64,000 bases of DNA, taken from NCBI GenBank assembly GCA_902533295.1, contig CACALG010000001.1:19048-83047 (forward strand), given 5' to 3'. The notes under the pieces were generated by a model, which searched no databases, was not told the DNA's origin, and saw only the letters and a program-made list of their open reading frames with translations. This DNA is from an uncultured marine group III euryarchaeote (lineage in GTDB: Archaea; Thermoplasmatota; Poseidoniia; MGIII; CG-Epi1). Positions 49,473 to 59,161 of the stretch are shown here, one piece after another (the first letter of the stretch is position 1; each line of letters opens with the position of its first letter). The translations under genes were made by a program, and so were the position numbers.

Positions 49473-50205
49473 ATGGCATTACTAGAAGTTAAAGAGCTAA
49501 AAAGAGGCTTTGGATCCAAGACCTTTGGCACTCGAATTGAGGTTCTTAAGGGCGTTAATTTAGAAATAAAAAAGGGTGAACTAGTTGCGTTAATGGGACC
49601 GTCTGGATGTGGAAAATCTACCTTATTGAATATAATTGGAGGATTGCTAAAAGGAGATTCCGGAAAAATAAGTATTACTTCTCAAGAAAATAATTATAAT
49701 TATGGAACTAAGAATCCTAATCGTGTTGTAGATGTAAGAAGAAATGGTGTAGGATGGATATTTCAAGATTTTCACTTAATCGAACATTTAACTGCTATAG
49801 ACAACGTTGCATTATCACTTGAAATTTCAGGATTAACGGAGAGAGAAGCTGAGGAAAAAGCTAGATTAGCACTTACTAAAGTTGGTCTCAGGGATAGGAT
49901 AGACTTTGGTGTAGAGCAACTTTCAGGAGGTCAACGTCAACGAGTTGCTGTTGCAAGAGCTATTGCTGGTTCTAGACCGCTACTATTAGCAGACGAGCCA
50001 ACGGGAAATCTAGATATTGAGAGCGGAAATGATGTCATAAAATTGTTTAAGATGCTTACAAAATCTGAAAAAACCAATCTCAGTACTAATGGTTACACAT
50101 GATCCTAATCTAGCCAGTCAAGCCGATCGTATGTTATTGTTAAAAGACGGACTTGTGGCTGCGAGTGATATAAAATCTGCATGGGGAATAGGAGGAAAGA
50201 AATGA
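49473..50205 (+). pseudogene. ABC transporter ATP-binding protein (MacB/LolD-like) interrupted by a +1 frameshift at an A6 run (50068-50073)
   Basis: Walker A GPSGCGKST, signature LSGGQRQRVAVARA, Walker B LLADEPTGNLD in the ORF 49473..50102. The H-loop and C-terminus (ISVLMVTHDPNLASQADRMLLLKDG) are in the +1 frame from ~50075 to 50205. Deleting one A restores KSEKPISVLMVTHD. Confidence 0.55.
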
Positions 50206-51734
50206 AGAAAAGAATAATAAAATGGAAAAATAAATTCCGAGATCTTCCTGATAATTTAAGAATAGCTGGCCTTAGTTCATGGCGTGACAAGGAAAGAGGA
50301 TTAGCTGTATTCGCAGGAGTTTTCCTCGCAAGTTTAGTAATTACTTTAGTATTAGTATACGGAGTTGGGCTTTCACAAGCTTTCTTAGAAGAATCATTAG
50401 AACAAACAGTTTTTGATTCAAAAATAGAATTTAAAAATGCTCCAGCTCAGGGTTCTACTGGATGGACAAACAACACTACTATTTTACAAAATATGTGTGA
50501 TGAAGTTACACTAAAGGAAGAATTTAGTGATTGCACAGTAATATTGGGTAAAAGTGGGATACATAGTGAGTTGAGCTTTTCTAATGATGCTGCATTTTAC
50601 GCATCTCCACTCTTTTTGAAGGAAATCGAATCTTCTGATAATGACAGAGACTGGGATCAAGAGGATTTATGGGATTATGAATACACGACAGGACCTCCTG
50701 TTGTAAACATAAGAGCTATTTCATTTTTGGGCCCTGAAGCTTTTGATGGTGAAATCTCAGAACGCTTATCTAAAAAAACATAATTTATGAAATGGGCGAA
50801 TGGAAAACTCATGAAGAGGTCCATGCTGAAAGAGGCATATACATTCCATTAGATATTGCATCTACTACTGGTGCGGAAGTAGGAGATAAAATAGAACATC
50901 TAACATTTACTTACACTTCTGAAAGAAGCCTTCCAGGAGGGATGTCTGAAGAAGATTGTGCTGGTGAGATAATTGAAGGTGAAGAATTCAGGCTTATGTA
51001 TTGCCAAATTCCCCTAACTCTTGATAATGTCACAATTCTAGGAATATATGAACCATGGCCACAAGGTAATCCAGTTCTTGCTGCTAATCCTATATACACA
51101 ACATGGACTATACTTGATGAAAAGCAGCAAACTACTCTGATTGATAATGACCATGTATACCTTGGTGTAACTGTAGATCGCACTCTATTACCAACATCAT
51201 CTATCTCAGCTGCAGAAGATTGGTTAGAAATTGTTGCAAATGATATGCAAAAAACAAACTTACGATGATGGAAATGTAAAGATATTCTATGTAGATATAA
51301 TAAGTAGCAGTATTTTGTGGCTTGAATTTTTCCTTGGATTCGTTCAAGTATTCGATTATATTTTAATGATACCTGTGGTTATTCTTTCCCTATACTTACT
51401 AATTTATGGACTAGAACTTTCATTAGAACAAAGAAGAAGAGAAATAAGTATTCATAGAGCCATTGGTGCAACAGCAGAAAAACTTAAGGGAATGGTTCTC
51501 TTTGAACTGTTTATAATCTCTACAGTTGCTTGGTTAGGTGGATATTTGCTTGCCCTTATTGCAGTTCCTTTTGTCCTATCTATTGTTGGTTTTATGGAAT
51601 TTGAGGCATTGGAAATCGATGTTAATCCAAGTCTGAGCTTTGGCGCTACATTCTTCACCATTCTTACCACCCTGGGATTAGCTTTAATTTTCGGTAATTC
51701 TCGCACGAAAAGCTTCCTAGAGATGGAAAATTGA
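50202..51734 (+). pseudogene. MacB/FtsX-family ABC permease (~510 aa if contiguous) split into three ORFs by frame changes at A7 (50772-50778) and A6 (51249-51254)
   Basis: N-terminal TM (LAVFAGVFLASLVITLVLVYG) and an extracytoplasmic domain spread over ORFs 50181..50783 and 50792..51268. FtsX domain RRREISIHRAIGATAEKL plus TMs in ORF 51231..51734. Adding one A at 50772 and removing one A at 51249 gives a continuous frame. Confidence 0.5.
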
Positions 51735-51780
51735 TGAGGGGGTCAGAAAGACAAAGGAGACAGGTAAACCAAGAGTTTGG

Positions 51781-53778
51781 TTGCATTGGACTATGTTTGG
51801 CATAGGAGCCATAGGTGCAATAGATACTTGGCAAGAATTGAATACAACCGGTGAAGGAATAATAACCAACTGGTTTGTAGGTGGCTTAATTAATATTTTT
51901 GGACCTTTCTTATTATGGATAGGTGGGGCTTTGTTGCTTTCAAGATTAGGTGCAGCCGGACCTTCTATAATGCTTAAATTCTTCAGAAAAACCCCATTGC
52001 TTTCTGATGTAAAGAGAGGTCTTGAATCGACTGGAACAAGTGAATCTACAGGTAGACTATCAACAATTATGCTATTGACATTATCAATAGTAACTCTCGC
52101 AGCCGTACAAGGATATACAGGTTCTCTTGTCGATGAAAGAACAGCGGATTTAGATATTGGTAGCGACATCAAAGTTTATGCTGTTGAACCAATGACTTCA
52201 ATTGAAGTAGAACAAGCAATCACTAATATCAGCTCTAAAGACCTTACTGTAAATGCAGTAAATGTACCGATTATTCCCTTGATATCTGAGGATGGGACGG
52301 ACGTTAATGCATATGTACTAATGAATGAAAGTACCGAGATACTCAAATGGTTTCCTCAAGCCGTTCCTGGAAAAGATATTTCTGAAGCAATGATTGCATA
52401 CAAAGATGGAGGATTCACAGCAGGCGAAGATATAGCATTTACATTGGATTTATGGGGTTCTGGCCGTTACGGTGATTCAGAAGACATATTACTAGATAAA
52501 AGCAATAAGAACTCAGAAAATTTGAATTTAACATGGGAAGAAACTATTGTTACCTTTACAGGTGAGGAAAATGAAGAACTAGATCCAATGATGGCGATAG
52601 TGTTGTATACTGGGTTCATGGAAAAGAATTGGTCAAATATTGACCTATCTAACCAGGATATAAGCAGCCGGAATTTTACACAAACTGACTTTTCGAATAC
52701 AAATTTATCTGGTGCCAATTTAGCTAATTCAGATTTATCAGAATCGATATTCTTCAACGTTGATCTAAGGGGTGCTAATCTAACTGGTGCAAATCTAAAC
52801 AATACTGTATTTGTGATACAACCACAAAACATTGTCGGTGCAAACTTTACAGGTGCAAATCTGAGAGGGGCCTTTGAATATACTGGATTTGTTAATTTGT
52901 CAAACGAGGAAATAAGTGGTGCTATTTGCCCTGATGGAACTATACAAACTAATGATAATAATTGTTCCACTGGATTTAGTACAATACCTCCCCCCTTACT
53001 GGCACCTTTCTTTATTCCTGCAACAGTTGAATTTGAAGTGATTCCACATGAAACAACTATACGATACATTGGAGTTCATGAATTCATTCCTGGTGTTGCT
53101 ACAAATGACATGAATAATTATTTAGTAATAAATGAGCTAGCATATAGAGAATTACGAGGAAATCAATTCGTTGATAGTGAAACTTCAACTACTTGGATTG
53201 TAGATATAGATGGGCTCAATAATGATGAATTACAAGTATTGGCCCTGCTAATAGCTGCAGATTCTCGTTTTGAAAGTGCCGATGATTGGGAAACATCACA
53301 TGAAAATGTTGAGAGAAATGGAGGAATTATATTCGGAACACAGGGTCTTTTCACACTACAATATCTTGTTGCAAGTGTTGCTGCAATAGCCTCATCATTT
53401 GTTTTCTTATCATTAGTTTTAAATCAAAAGAAGAAAGAATTGGCTATTTTACAAGCAATAGGAGCTAGTCCAAATCAGATTATCAGACTCGTTTTATTCG
53501 AGATTCTATCTATAGTATTTGTTTCTATGATTTTAGGAGTTATACTCGGTATTGGTTTGGCTTTATCCTTTAACGGACTGTTTGATATCTTTGGATTCTT
53601 ATTCCAGTTGTTTTCTGGAACTGGAGAATCATCAGTAATTACAAGAGTACTACAGTGGCCTTGGTGGGTTATAATCAAGGTCACATTAGGTGTACTATCT
53701 GTGGTTGTCTTGGCTTTAATTATGACCACCAGAAGGGCATTACGTGCCGATTTAGCCGTTGTTTTAAAGGGAGAATAA
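51781..53778 (+). CDS. FtsX-family ABC permease with a large extracytoplasmic domain containing pentapeptide repeats
   Basis: C-terminal FtsX domain KKELAILQAIGASPNQIIRLVLFEILSIVF...TTRRALRADLAVVLKGE. About 20 A(N/D)LxG-type pentapeptide units at aa ~285-380 (DLSNQDISSRNFTQTDFSNTNLSGANLANSDLSESIFFNVDLRGANLTGANLNNTVF...ANFTGANLRGA). Confidence 0.65.
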   Translation: MHWTMFGIGAIGAIDTWQELNTTGEGIITNWFVGGLINIFGPFLLWIGGALLLSRLGAAGPSIMLKFFRKTPLLSDVKRGLESTGTSESTGRLSTIMLLTLSIVTLAAVQGYTGSLVDERTADLDIGSDIKVYAVEPMTSIEVEQAITNISSKDLTVNAVNVPIIPLISEDGTDVNAYVLMNESTEILKWFPQAVPGKDISEAMIAYKDGGFTAGEDIAFTLDLWGSGRYGDSEDILLDKSNKNSENLNLTWEETIVTFTGEENEELDPMMAIVLYTGFMEKNWSNIDLSNQDISSRNFTQTDFSNTNLSGANLANSDLSESIFFNVDLRGANLTGANLNNTVFVIQPQNIVGANFTGANLRGAFEYTGFVNLSNEEISGAICPDGTIQTNDNNCSTGFSTIPPPLLAPFFIPATVEFEVIPHETTIRYIGVHEFIPGVATNDMNNYLVINELAYRELRGNQFVDSETSTTWIVDIDGLNNDELQVLALLIAADSRFESADDWETSHENVERNGGIIFGTQGLFTLQYLVASVAAIASSFVFLSLVLNQKKKELAILQAIGASPNQIIRLVLFEILSIVFVSMILGVILGIGLALSFNGLFDIFGFLFQLFSGTGESSVITRVLQWPWWVIIKVTLGVLSVVVLALIMTTRRALRADLAVVLKGE

Positions 53779-53780
53779 AT

Positions 53781-54872
53781 ATGAGTGAAGAACTATTTGA
53801 ACATACAACGGGACAAGGAAAAGAAAATGAAGAATCAAAGCAGCAAATGGAAGCTGCTCAATTCTCAGAGAATTTATATGACAACAAAATAGACAAAAAT
53901 GCTATCTTACAAGCTATAGCATTATATCATGTTTATCAATCTACTGCTGAAGATGGAAATGTTGTTGCTTTGAGAGGATTAAATGTAACTGTTAAGAAAG
54001 GAGAAGCTGTAGCCATTGTTGGTCCTTCTGGTTCTGGTAAATCAACCTTATTGAAATGTCTTGGAGTTTTAATGAAGCCCTCAGCAGGAGGGGTTATCCT
54101 AAACGGAACGCCAACTACACGTAAGACTGGACTTGAACTAGTAAAAATGAGACAAGAAACAGTTTCATTTATTTTCCAAGAAGGGAATCTATTGCCTGAT
54201 CTAAATGCCCTCGATAACGTAGCTCAACCACTACGCCACAGAGATGTAAGCCCATATGAAGCAAAAGAAAAAGCACGTGAATTATTAATTGAATTAGGCT
54301 TAGAAGAAAGAATATATGGATTTCCTGAAACACTTTCAGGTGGTGAACAGCAAAGGGTCGCAATTGCACGGGCGTTAGTAACAAATCCAAAACTGATTCT
54401 AGCCGATGAACCTACGGGGGCACTAGATCCTATAACCAGTAGAGAAGTACTAGAATTATTTGGAAAATTACACAAGGAAAGAGGTGTAGCATTCTTAATT
54501 GTAACACATAGTGCAGAAGTAGCAGCTTTTTGTGATCGTAGCTTAGAATTACGTGATGGCAGATTTGTCGCCGAACATGGAACAAACTTAGAAATAGAAG
54601 ATTTAGAAGAATCTCGTGAACTAATAATTGATGATTTAGGAACATTATCATTTCCTCCTGAAGTATTGATGAGAATGGGTGGTTCTGGACGATTTGAAGT
54701 TGAGGAAGCTGCTGATGGAAAAATTACCTTGGTTGCTGCTGAGAGAAAAGAATCTATGATTAAAGGAAAGCAAAAACTGGCTGAGAAATGTCCTGCTTGT
54801 GAGTACAAATACAAGGACAATAGCCAAATGTGTCCTGAATGTGGTTCAAGCCGACCAATGATTAAATCATAA
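53781..54872 (+). CDS. ABC transporter ATP-binding protein with a C-terminal extension ending in a zinc ribbon. Start taken at ATG after the permease stop; ORF track starts 53655 in the same frame.
   Basis: Walker A GPSGSGKST, LSGGEQQRVAIARA, ILADEPTGALD, VTHS. C-terminal CPACEYKYKDNSQMCPECG. GGGAG precedes ATG 53781. Confidence 0.7.
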   Translation: MSEELFEHTTGQGKENEESKQQMEAAQFSENLYDNKIDKNAILQAIALYHVYQSTAEDGNVVALRGLNVTVKKGEAVAIVGPSGSGKSTLLKCLGVLMKPSAGGVILNGTPTTRKTGLELVKMRQETVSFIFQEGNLLPDLNALDNVAQPLRHRDVSPYEAKEKARELLIELGLEERIYGFPETLSGGEQQRVAIARALVTNPKLILADEPTGALDPITSREVLELFGKLHKERGVAFLIVTHSAEVAAFCDRSLELRDGRFVAEHGTNLEIEDLEESRELIIDDLGTLSFPPEVLMRMGGSGRFEVEEAADGKITLVAAERKESMIKGKQKLAEKCPACEYKYKDNSQMCPECGSSRPMIKS

Positions 54873-55425
54873 GTTTAATTCTAGGACTTTGACTATTTAC
54901 CTCAGGAATTTGATCTTTGCCTATAGGTTTCACAAATTTTTCGTACTCTTTTAAAAAATTAGATATATCTAAACCCATAAATTCATCCTGCCCAACTTGA
55001 GATAGAAGAGACATACCTGATTTTGATAGATTACGGGCACCTATCAAATCCTGAATTTGATAATTGGCCATTCTTATTTTTAGAAGTGCCGCACCACATT
55101 TAATTAGTCCTTGAAGAAAGCGATGCTCACTACTATTTCTTACAGCTGCAATCCATAGACCTTCCCATGCTTCATGGGCTTCCCAGTAATAGTGATAATT
55201 ATACAAATCAATTCCAAATAAATAATCTCCATTATCTTTCCACAAATCTGAATCCCATTTTTCATGGTCTTCATCATCATTTCCATAACTGTGACCCTCA
55301 GGACTATTCGTAGGATGTGGGTGCATACCGGGAACATATCGGTATGGTGGAAAATTCCTAGATGAATATCTTACCTTTCCAATATTCAATTCAGTTTCTG
55401 AATCTGCTAAAGGATAATCTGCCAT
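54862..55425 (-). CDS. DUF309-domain protein
   Basis: YYWEAHEAWEGLW...FLQGLIKCGAALLKI matches the DUF309 core (F..G.YWEAHE..E.LW). Confidence 0.5.
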   Translation of the reverse strand: MADYPLADSETELNIGKVRYSSRNFPPYRYVPGMHPHPTNSPEGHSYGNDDEDHEKWDSDLWKDNGDYLFGIDLYNYHYYWEAHEAWEGLWIAAVRNSSEHRFLQGLIKCGAALLKIRMANYQIQDLIGARNLSKSGMSLLSQVGQDEFMGLDISNFLKEYEKFVKPIGKDQIPEVNSQSPRIKLMI

Positions 55426-56624
55426 TAGCTACTCAAAGTTTCTTCAATAGCATCTGTGAATTTTCTAATATCTGATTCATTATTGTAAAGATACGCACTA
55501 GCTCTTGCAGTACCTTCTATTCCTCGAGAATTAAACCAAGAATGAACACAATGCATACCACTTCTGATTGCAATGTTATATTTTTCATCTAAATGCATTG
55601 CTACTTCTGTTGGATCCCAACCTTCTATATTGAAAGAAAATATACCTCCTCGGTGAGAAACGTCTTCAGGACCTACTATAGATATTCCATCTAAATCCTT
55701 TAATTTATTTGACATTATAGTATTTAATTTGTTCTCATGTTCCCTAATATTGTCTCTTCCTACATTCATAACATAATCTGCTGCCACGCCTGAACCTATA
55801 GCCCCAGCATAATCCTGTAATCCTGCCTCAAAACATGAAGGAGGTGGTAACAACTTATAATCATCATAGGAAGTATTGACGACTGTGGAACCTCCAACAT
55901 ATGTTGGAATCAATTTCTCTAATTCTTCATATTTACCATACAAAGCACCCATACCACTAGGTCCACAAAATTTATGTGCACTGACTGCCGCAAAATCTAC
56001 ATCTAAATCAACTACATTAACTTCTTTGTGTGGTGCTGATTGTGCTGCATCCATCATAACTTTCACTCCCTTATCATGACATATTTCTATAATTTCTTTA
56101 GCAGGATTTGAGTGCCCATCCAAATTAGATGTATGGACAAAACTTACTAATTTTGTATCGGAAGTTATCCTATCTTTTAGTGCTTCTAAATTGAAATAAT
56201 AATTGTCTTTAGCCTCTAAAACTTCATATTTAATACCCTTATATTTTGCCAAATGATGCCATGGTACCACGTTAGCATTATGCTCTTTATCAGATGTTAG
56301 AACTTTATCTCCTTTTTTGAGATTTAAACCATTTGCCACAATATTCATACCTTCTGTAGCATTTTTTGTGAAAACTATTTCGGTTTGTTTTTCAGCCCCC
56401 ATAAAACGGCGAATTTGGTCTCTTGCAATTTCAAAATTTTCAGTAACCTGCCAACTTAACTTATGTACTGAACGACCTCCACATGCAGGATAATTTGTAT
56501 AATAATCCGTTAAAGCATCTATAACTGCCTGAGGTCTGAGAGTCATACAGGCACTATCTAGATAGATCGGATTATCGTCAGAATTTAACAATGGAAAATC
56601 CTTTCTAAATTTTGAAATGTCCAT
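55425..56624 (-). CDS. Cysteine desulfurase / class V aminotransferase (SufS/CsdA-like)
   Basis: PLP-lysine region SAHKFCGPSGMGALYG and HTSNLDGHSNP. Confidence 0.75.
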   Translation of the reverse strand: MDISKFRKDFPLLNSDDNPIYLDSACMTLRPQAVIDALTDYYTNYPACGGRSVHKLSWQVTENFEIARDQIRRFMGAEKQTEIVFTKNATEGMNIVANGLNLKKGDKVLTSDKEHNANVVPWHHLAKYKGIKYEVLEAKDNYYFNLEALKDRITSDTKLVSFVHTSNLDGHSNPAKEIIEICHDKGVKVMMDAAQSAPHKEVNVVDLDVDFAAVSAHKFCGPSGMGALYGKYEELEKLIPTYVGGSTVVNTSYDDYKLLPPPSCFEAGLQDYAGAIGSGVAADYVMNVGRDNIREHENKLNTIMSNKLKDLDGISIVGPEDVSHRGGIFSFNIEGWDPTEVAMHLDEKYNIAIRSGMHCVHSWFNSRGIEGTARASAYLYNNESDIRKFTDAIEETLSS

Positions 56625-56708
56625 AGTTGTCTAAACACATTATAATAATGGGATTTAAAGCCATATGACCAGAAGAAAATTTCTTAAAGGGGACGCAATG
56701 AAACAAAT

Positions 56709-57587
56709 ATGAGCTGTGTAGATGACTTATCCAAAATTGGCATGAACGATTTGAACTATACTTGTGCAACAGAAATAGCAAGTATGGGGCCTGTTGCAGC
56801 TTTACTTACTATACTCATTGGAATCCCTCTTGTAAGGCTGGTTTTGAGGTACCTAAAGAATATATTTGAGAAGTATGATTACATCGATGAAGGAATAGAA
56901 AATTTCCTTTTTAGAGCTACCAGCGTAGCTCTTTGGGCTGTTATTTTCTTGACAGCCGCAAATGAACTAGGAATAAATGTTACAGGAATTGTAGCAGCTC
57001 TTGGTATTGTTGGTTTAGCAATGGCTTTTGCAGCTCAAGATACTATAGAGAATATTATTGCAGGTATATTCCTAATGGTAGATAGACCATTCCGTGAAGG
57101 TGATCGAATATTATTACCGAAGAAAATTGGTAGTTTGTATTCAAGCTGGGGTGATGTAACTGAAGTTGGCCTTAGAACAACAAGAGTGCGCTCCACTGAT
57201 GGAGTTTTGCTTACAATACCAAACAAAAATTTGACAAAAGACACCATTGCTAATTTCAACCATAAAGATGACCGAAATCTCCGTGTAAGGATTAGATTAG
57301 GACTAGTGCCAACATGGGAAAATGTATCCAAAGGTGAAGAAATTGTAGAAAATATTGCTAAAAGTCATGAGGACATTTGCCAAGATAAACCAAAACCACC
57401 ACAGATAGTTTTGAGAGATTTTGGAGATCAAGAAGTAATCATGGAAATTAGATACTATGTCCCTAATGCACCTCTAATGAGAAGTACAAAATCATATTTT
57501 GTTAAAGAAATTCTAAAACAATTTGAAGAACAAGATGTTAGATTGGCATACCCAACTAGACTAATTATGAAGGAAGATATTGAATAA
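56709..57587 (+). CDS. mscS: Small-conductance mechanosensitive channel (MscS family)
   Basis: TM3-beta region IIAGIFLMVDRPFREGDRI; 292 aa. Confidence 0.75.
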   Translation: MSCVDDLSKIGMNDLNYTCATEIASMGPVAALLTILIGIPLVRLVLRYLKNIFEKYDYIDEGIENFLFRATSVALWAVIFLTAANELGINVTGIVAALGIVGLAMAFAAQDTIENIIAGIFLMVDRPFREGDRILLPKKIGSLYSSWGDVTEVGLRTTRVRSTDGVLLTIPNKNLTKDTIANFNHKDDRNLRVRIRLGLVPTWENVSKGEEIVENIAKSHEDICQDKPKPPQIVLRDFGDQEVIMEIRYYVPNAPLMRSTKSYFVKEILKQFEEQDVRLAYPTRLIMKEDIE

Positions 57588-58631
57588 TTAAGGATTCAAA
57601 CCCTTTTCAAGTTCTTCTATTTCCTTACGCAGAGAATCTAAATCCTTATTGTCTTGCGTAGTTGTGGTAGGTGCTTCCGTTGTAGCTAACTGATGCTTAT
57701 ATGGATTGAACCAATTGACAAAATGATTTGCTGCCACTTTCAAAACAGTACTAACTTTGGCCATACCGCCATTGGTTTTAGATATATTGATATCACATGA
57801 CAGCACACCACAGTCAGCATTTGCATTATTAATTTCTGAATATGGGATAGTAACACCTGCACCACCACCGGCAAAAATTAGCCTATCCTGTAAAGCAGCC
57901 ATTGCATTTACAGGAATACCATCAATCTGTGTGTTAAGTTGTGCCTGGACAAGTGCATATACTGTATCCCCGGATTGCATCATACCTATAAGTGGAAAAA
58001 TCTGGGAATCATTATTAGTTACATAAAAACCATCTGGCAACTGTTTGAGCATTTCTCTAAAAAAGGCAAAATCGGCATTGTAAGGTACTCCTGAGATACC
58101 CTGAACCTGATTAGAAACTGGAGGTGTAACTGGAGGTGTAACTGGAGGTGCAGCTGGAGGTGTAGCTGGAGGTGTGCTAATATTAGCATCTTGATTTGTA
58201 GCTAACTGATGCTTATATGGATTGAACCAATTGACAAAATGATTTGCTGCCACTTTCAAAACAGTACTAACTTTGGCCATACCGCCATTAGTTTTAGATA
58301 TATTGATATCACAGGACATTACGCCACAGTCAGCATGTGCATTATTAATTTCTGAATAAGGGATAGTAACACCTGCACCACCACCGGCAAAAATTAGCCT
58401 GTCTTGTAAAGCAGCCATTGTATTTACAGGAATACCATCAATCTGTGTGTTAAGTTGTGCTGGCACTAGTGCATACACTGTGTCTCCAGGCTGCATCATA
58501 CTCATAAGTGGAAAAATCTGAGAATCATTAGTCGTTACATGAAAACCATCTGGCAACTGATTTAGCATTTGTCTAAAAAGAGCCAAATCAGCATTGTAAG
58601 GCACTCCTATTATATTACTCATAAATATCAA
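57588..58631 (-). CDS. Hypothetical protein built from two near-identical ~150-aa domains joined by a (T/A)PP(V/A)-repeat linker, with a short C-terminal coiled-coil
   Basis: Residues 8-160 and 178-330 are ~90% identical (GVPYNAD.A.FR.ML.QLPDGF.VT.NDSQIFPL...GGMAKVSTVLKVAANHFVNWFNPYKHQLAT). Linker PPATPPAAPPVTPPVTPPV. Confidence 0.5.
   Translation of the reverse strand: MIFMSNIIGVPYNADLALFRQMLNQLPDGFHVTTNDSQIFPLMSMMQPGDTVYALVPAQLNTQIDGIPVNTMAALQDRLIFAGGGAGVTIPYSEINNAHADCGVMSCDINISKTNGGMAKVSTVLKVAANHFVNWFNPYKHQLATNQDANISTPPATPPAAPPVTPPVTPPVSNQVQGISGVPYNADFAFFREMLKQLPDGFYVTNNDSQIFPLIGMMQSGDTVYALVQAQLNTQIDGIPVNAMAALQDRLIFAGGGAGVTIPYSEINNANADCGVLSCDINISKTNGGMAKVSTVLKVAANHFVNWFNPYKHQLATTEAPTTTTQDNKDLDSLRKEIEELEKGLNP
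57590..58625. repeat. Intragenic direct tandem duplication, two ~515-bp copies with high nucleotide identity
   Basis: For example, gtagctaactgatgcttatatggattgaaccaattgacaaaatgatttgctgccactttcaaaacagtactaactttggccataccgccatt occurs at ~57682 and ~58197. Confidence 0.8.
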
Positions 58632-58657
58632 AAGGTTAGCATATTATTTATTATTTA

Positions 58658-59113
58658 TTATTCATCTAGACTGGCTTCAAGTTCTTCGATTTCTTTCTGC
58701 AAACGCAACTTTTCGGCTGCTTTCACTTCTTCATCTTTTTTCATTAAGTATTCCTTTCTCTTTTGCAAAAGTTCTTCTCGTTCAGCTTGTTCTACTTTTG
58801 CCCTTTCCCGTTCTTGAGCTTCAGCGATAATTCTTGTTTCCTGAAACTGCCTTGCCATTTCCGCATGTGCCTCTAAATTCTCCTTATCCTGTATATTTTT
58901 AGCCCAAGCTACAAAAACCAACATTATTATGAAACTGATACAACAAATAACACTATCTTCCCCAAATTCTTCATCTTGCTTTTCACACTCTGGTGTCCAA
59001 TCAACGTCACAAGAATCATCAGGAGACTCTGAACCAAAAAAGAAAACACATGCGATGAGAAAAAATGTTATAGCAAGAAAATTCAACAGATTCTTCAAAA
59101 TTCCAGAAGCCAA
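58658..59113 (-). CDS. Small membrane protein (2 TM) with a C-terminal coiled-coil
   Basis: TM segments LNFLAITFFLIACVFFF and ISFIIMLVFVAWA; C-terminal ...LRLQKEIEELEASLDE echoes ...LRKEIEELEKGLNP of the upstream gene. Confidence 0.45.
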   Translation of the reverse strand: MASGILKNLLNFLAITFFLIACVFFFGSESPDDSCDVDWTPECEKQDEEFGEDSVICCISFIIMLVFVAWAKNIQDKENLEAHAEMARQFQETRIIAEAQERERAKVEQAEREELLQKRKEYLMKKDEEVKAAEKLRLQKEIEELEASLDE

Positions 59114-59161
59114 ATAATCACCCTATAACAACAAGAAAAACACTATTTAAAAAAATTTACC

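Noticed and set aside
53655-53780. Upstream extension of the second ABC ATPase ORF (MALVGYNQGHIRCTICGC...)
   Set aside because: It overlaps the end of the permease gene and reads through its stop region. The Cys/His-rich peptide is just an out-of-frame translation of permease C-terminal codons. The start at 53781 has an SD-like GGGAG.
57590-58625. Large direct repeat as a possible insertion sequence or MITE
   Set aside because: Both copies are in frame within one ORF and encode a duplicated protein domain. There are no terminal inverted repeats and no transposase.
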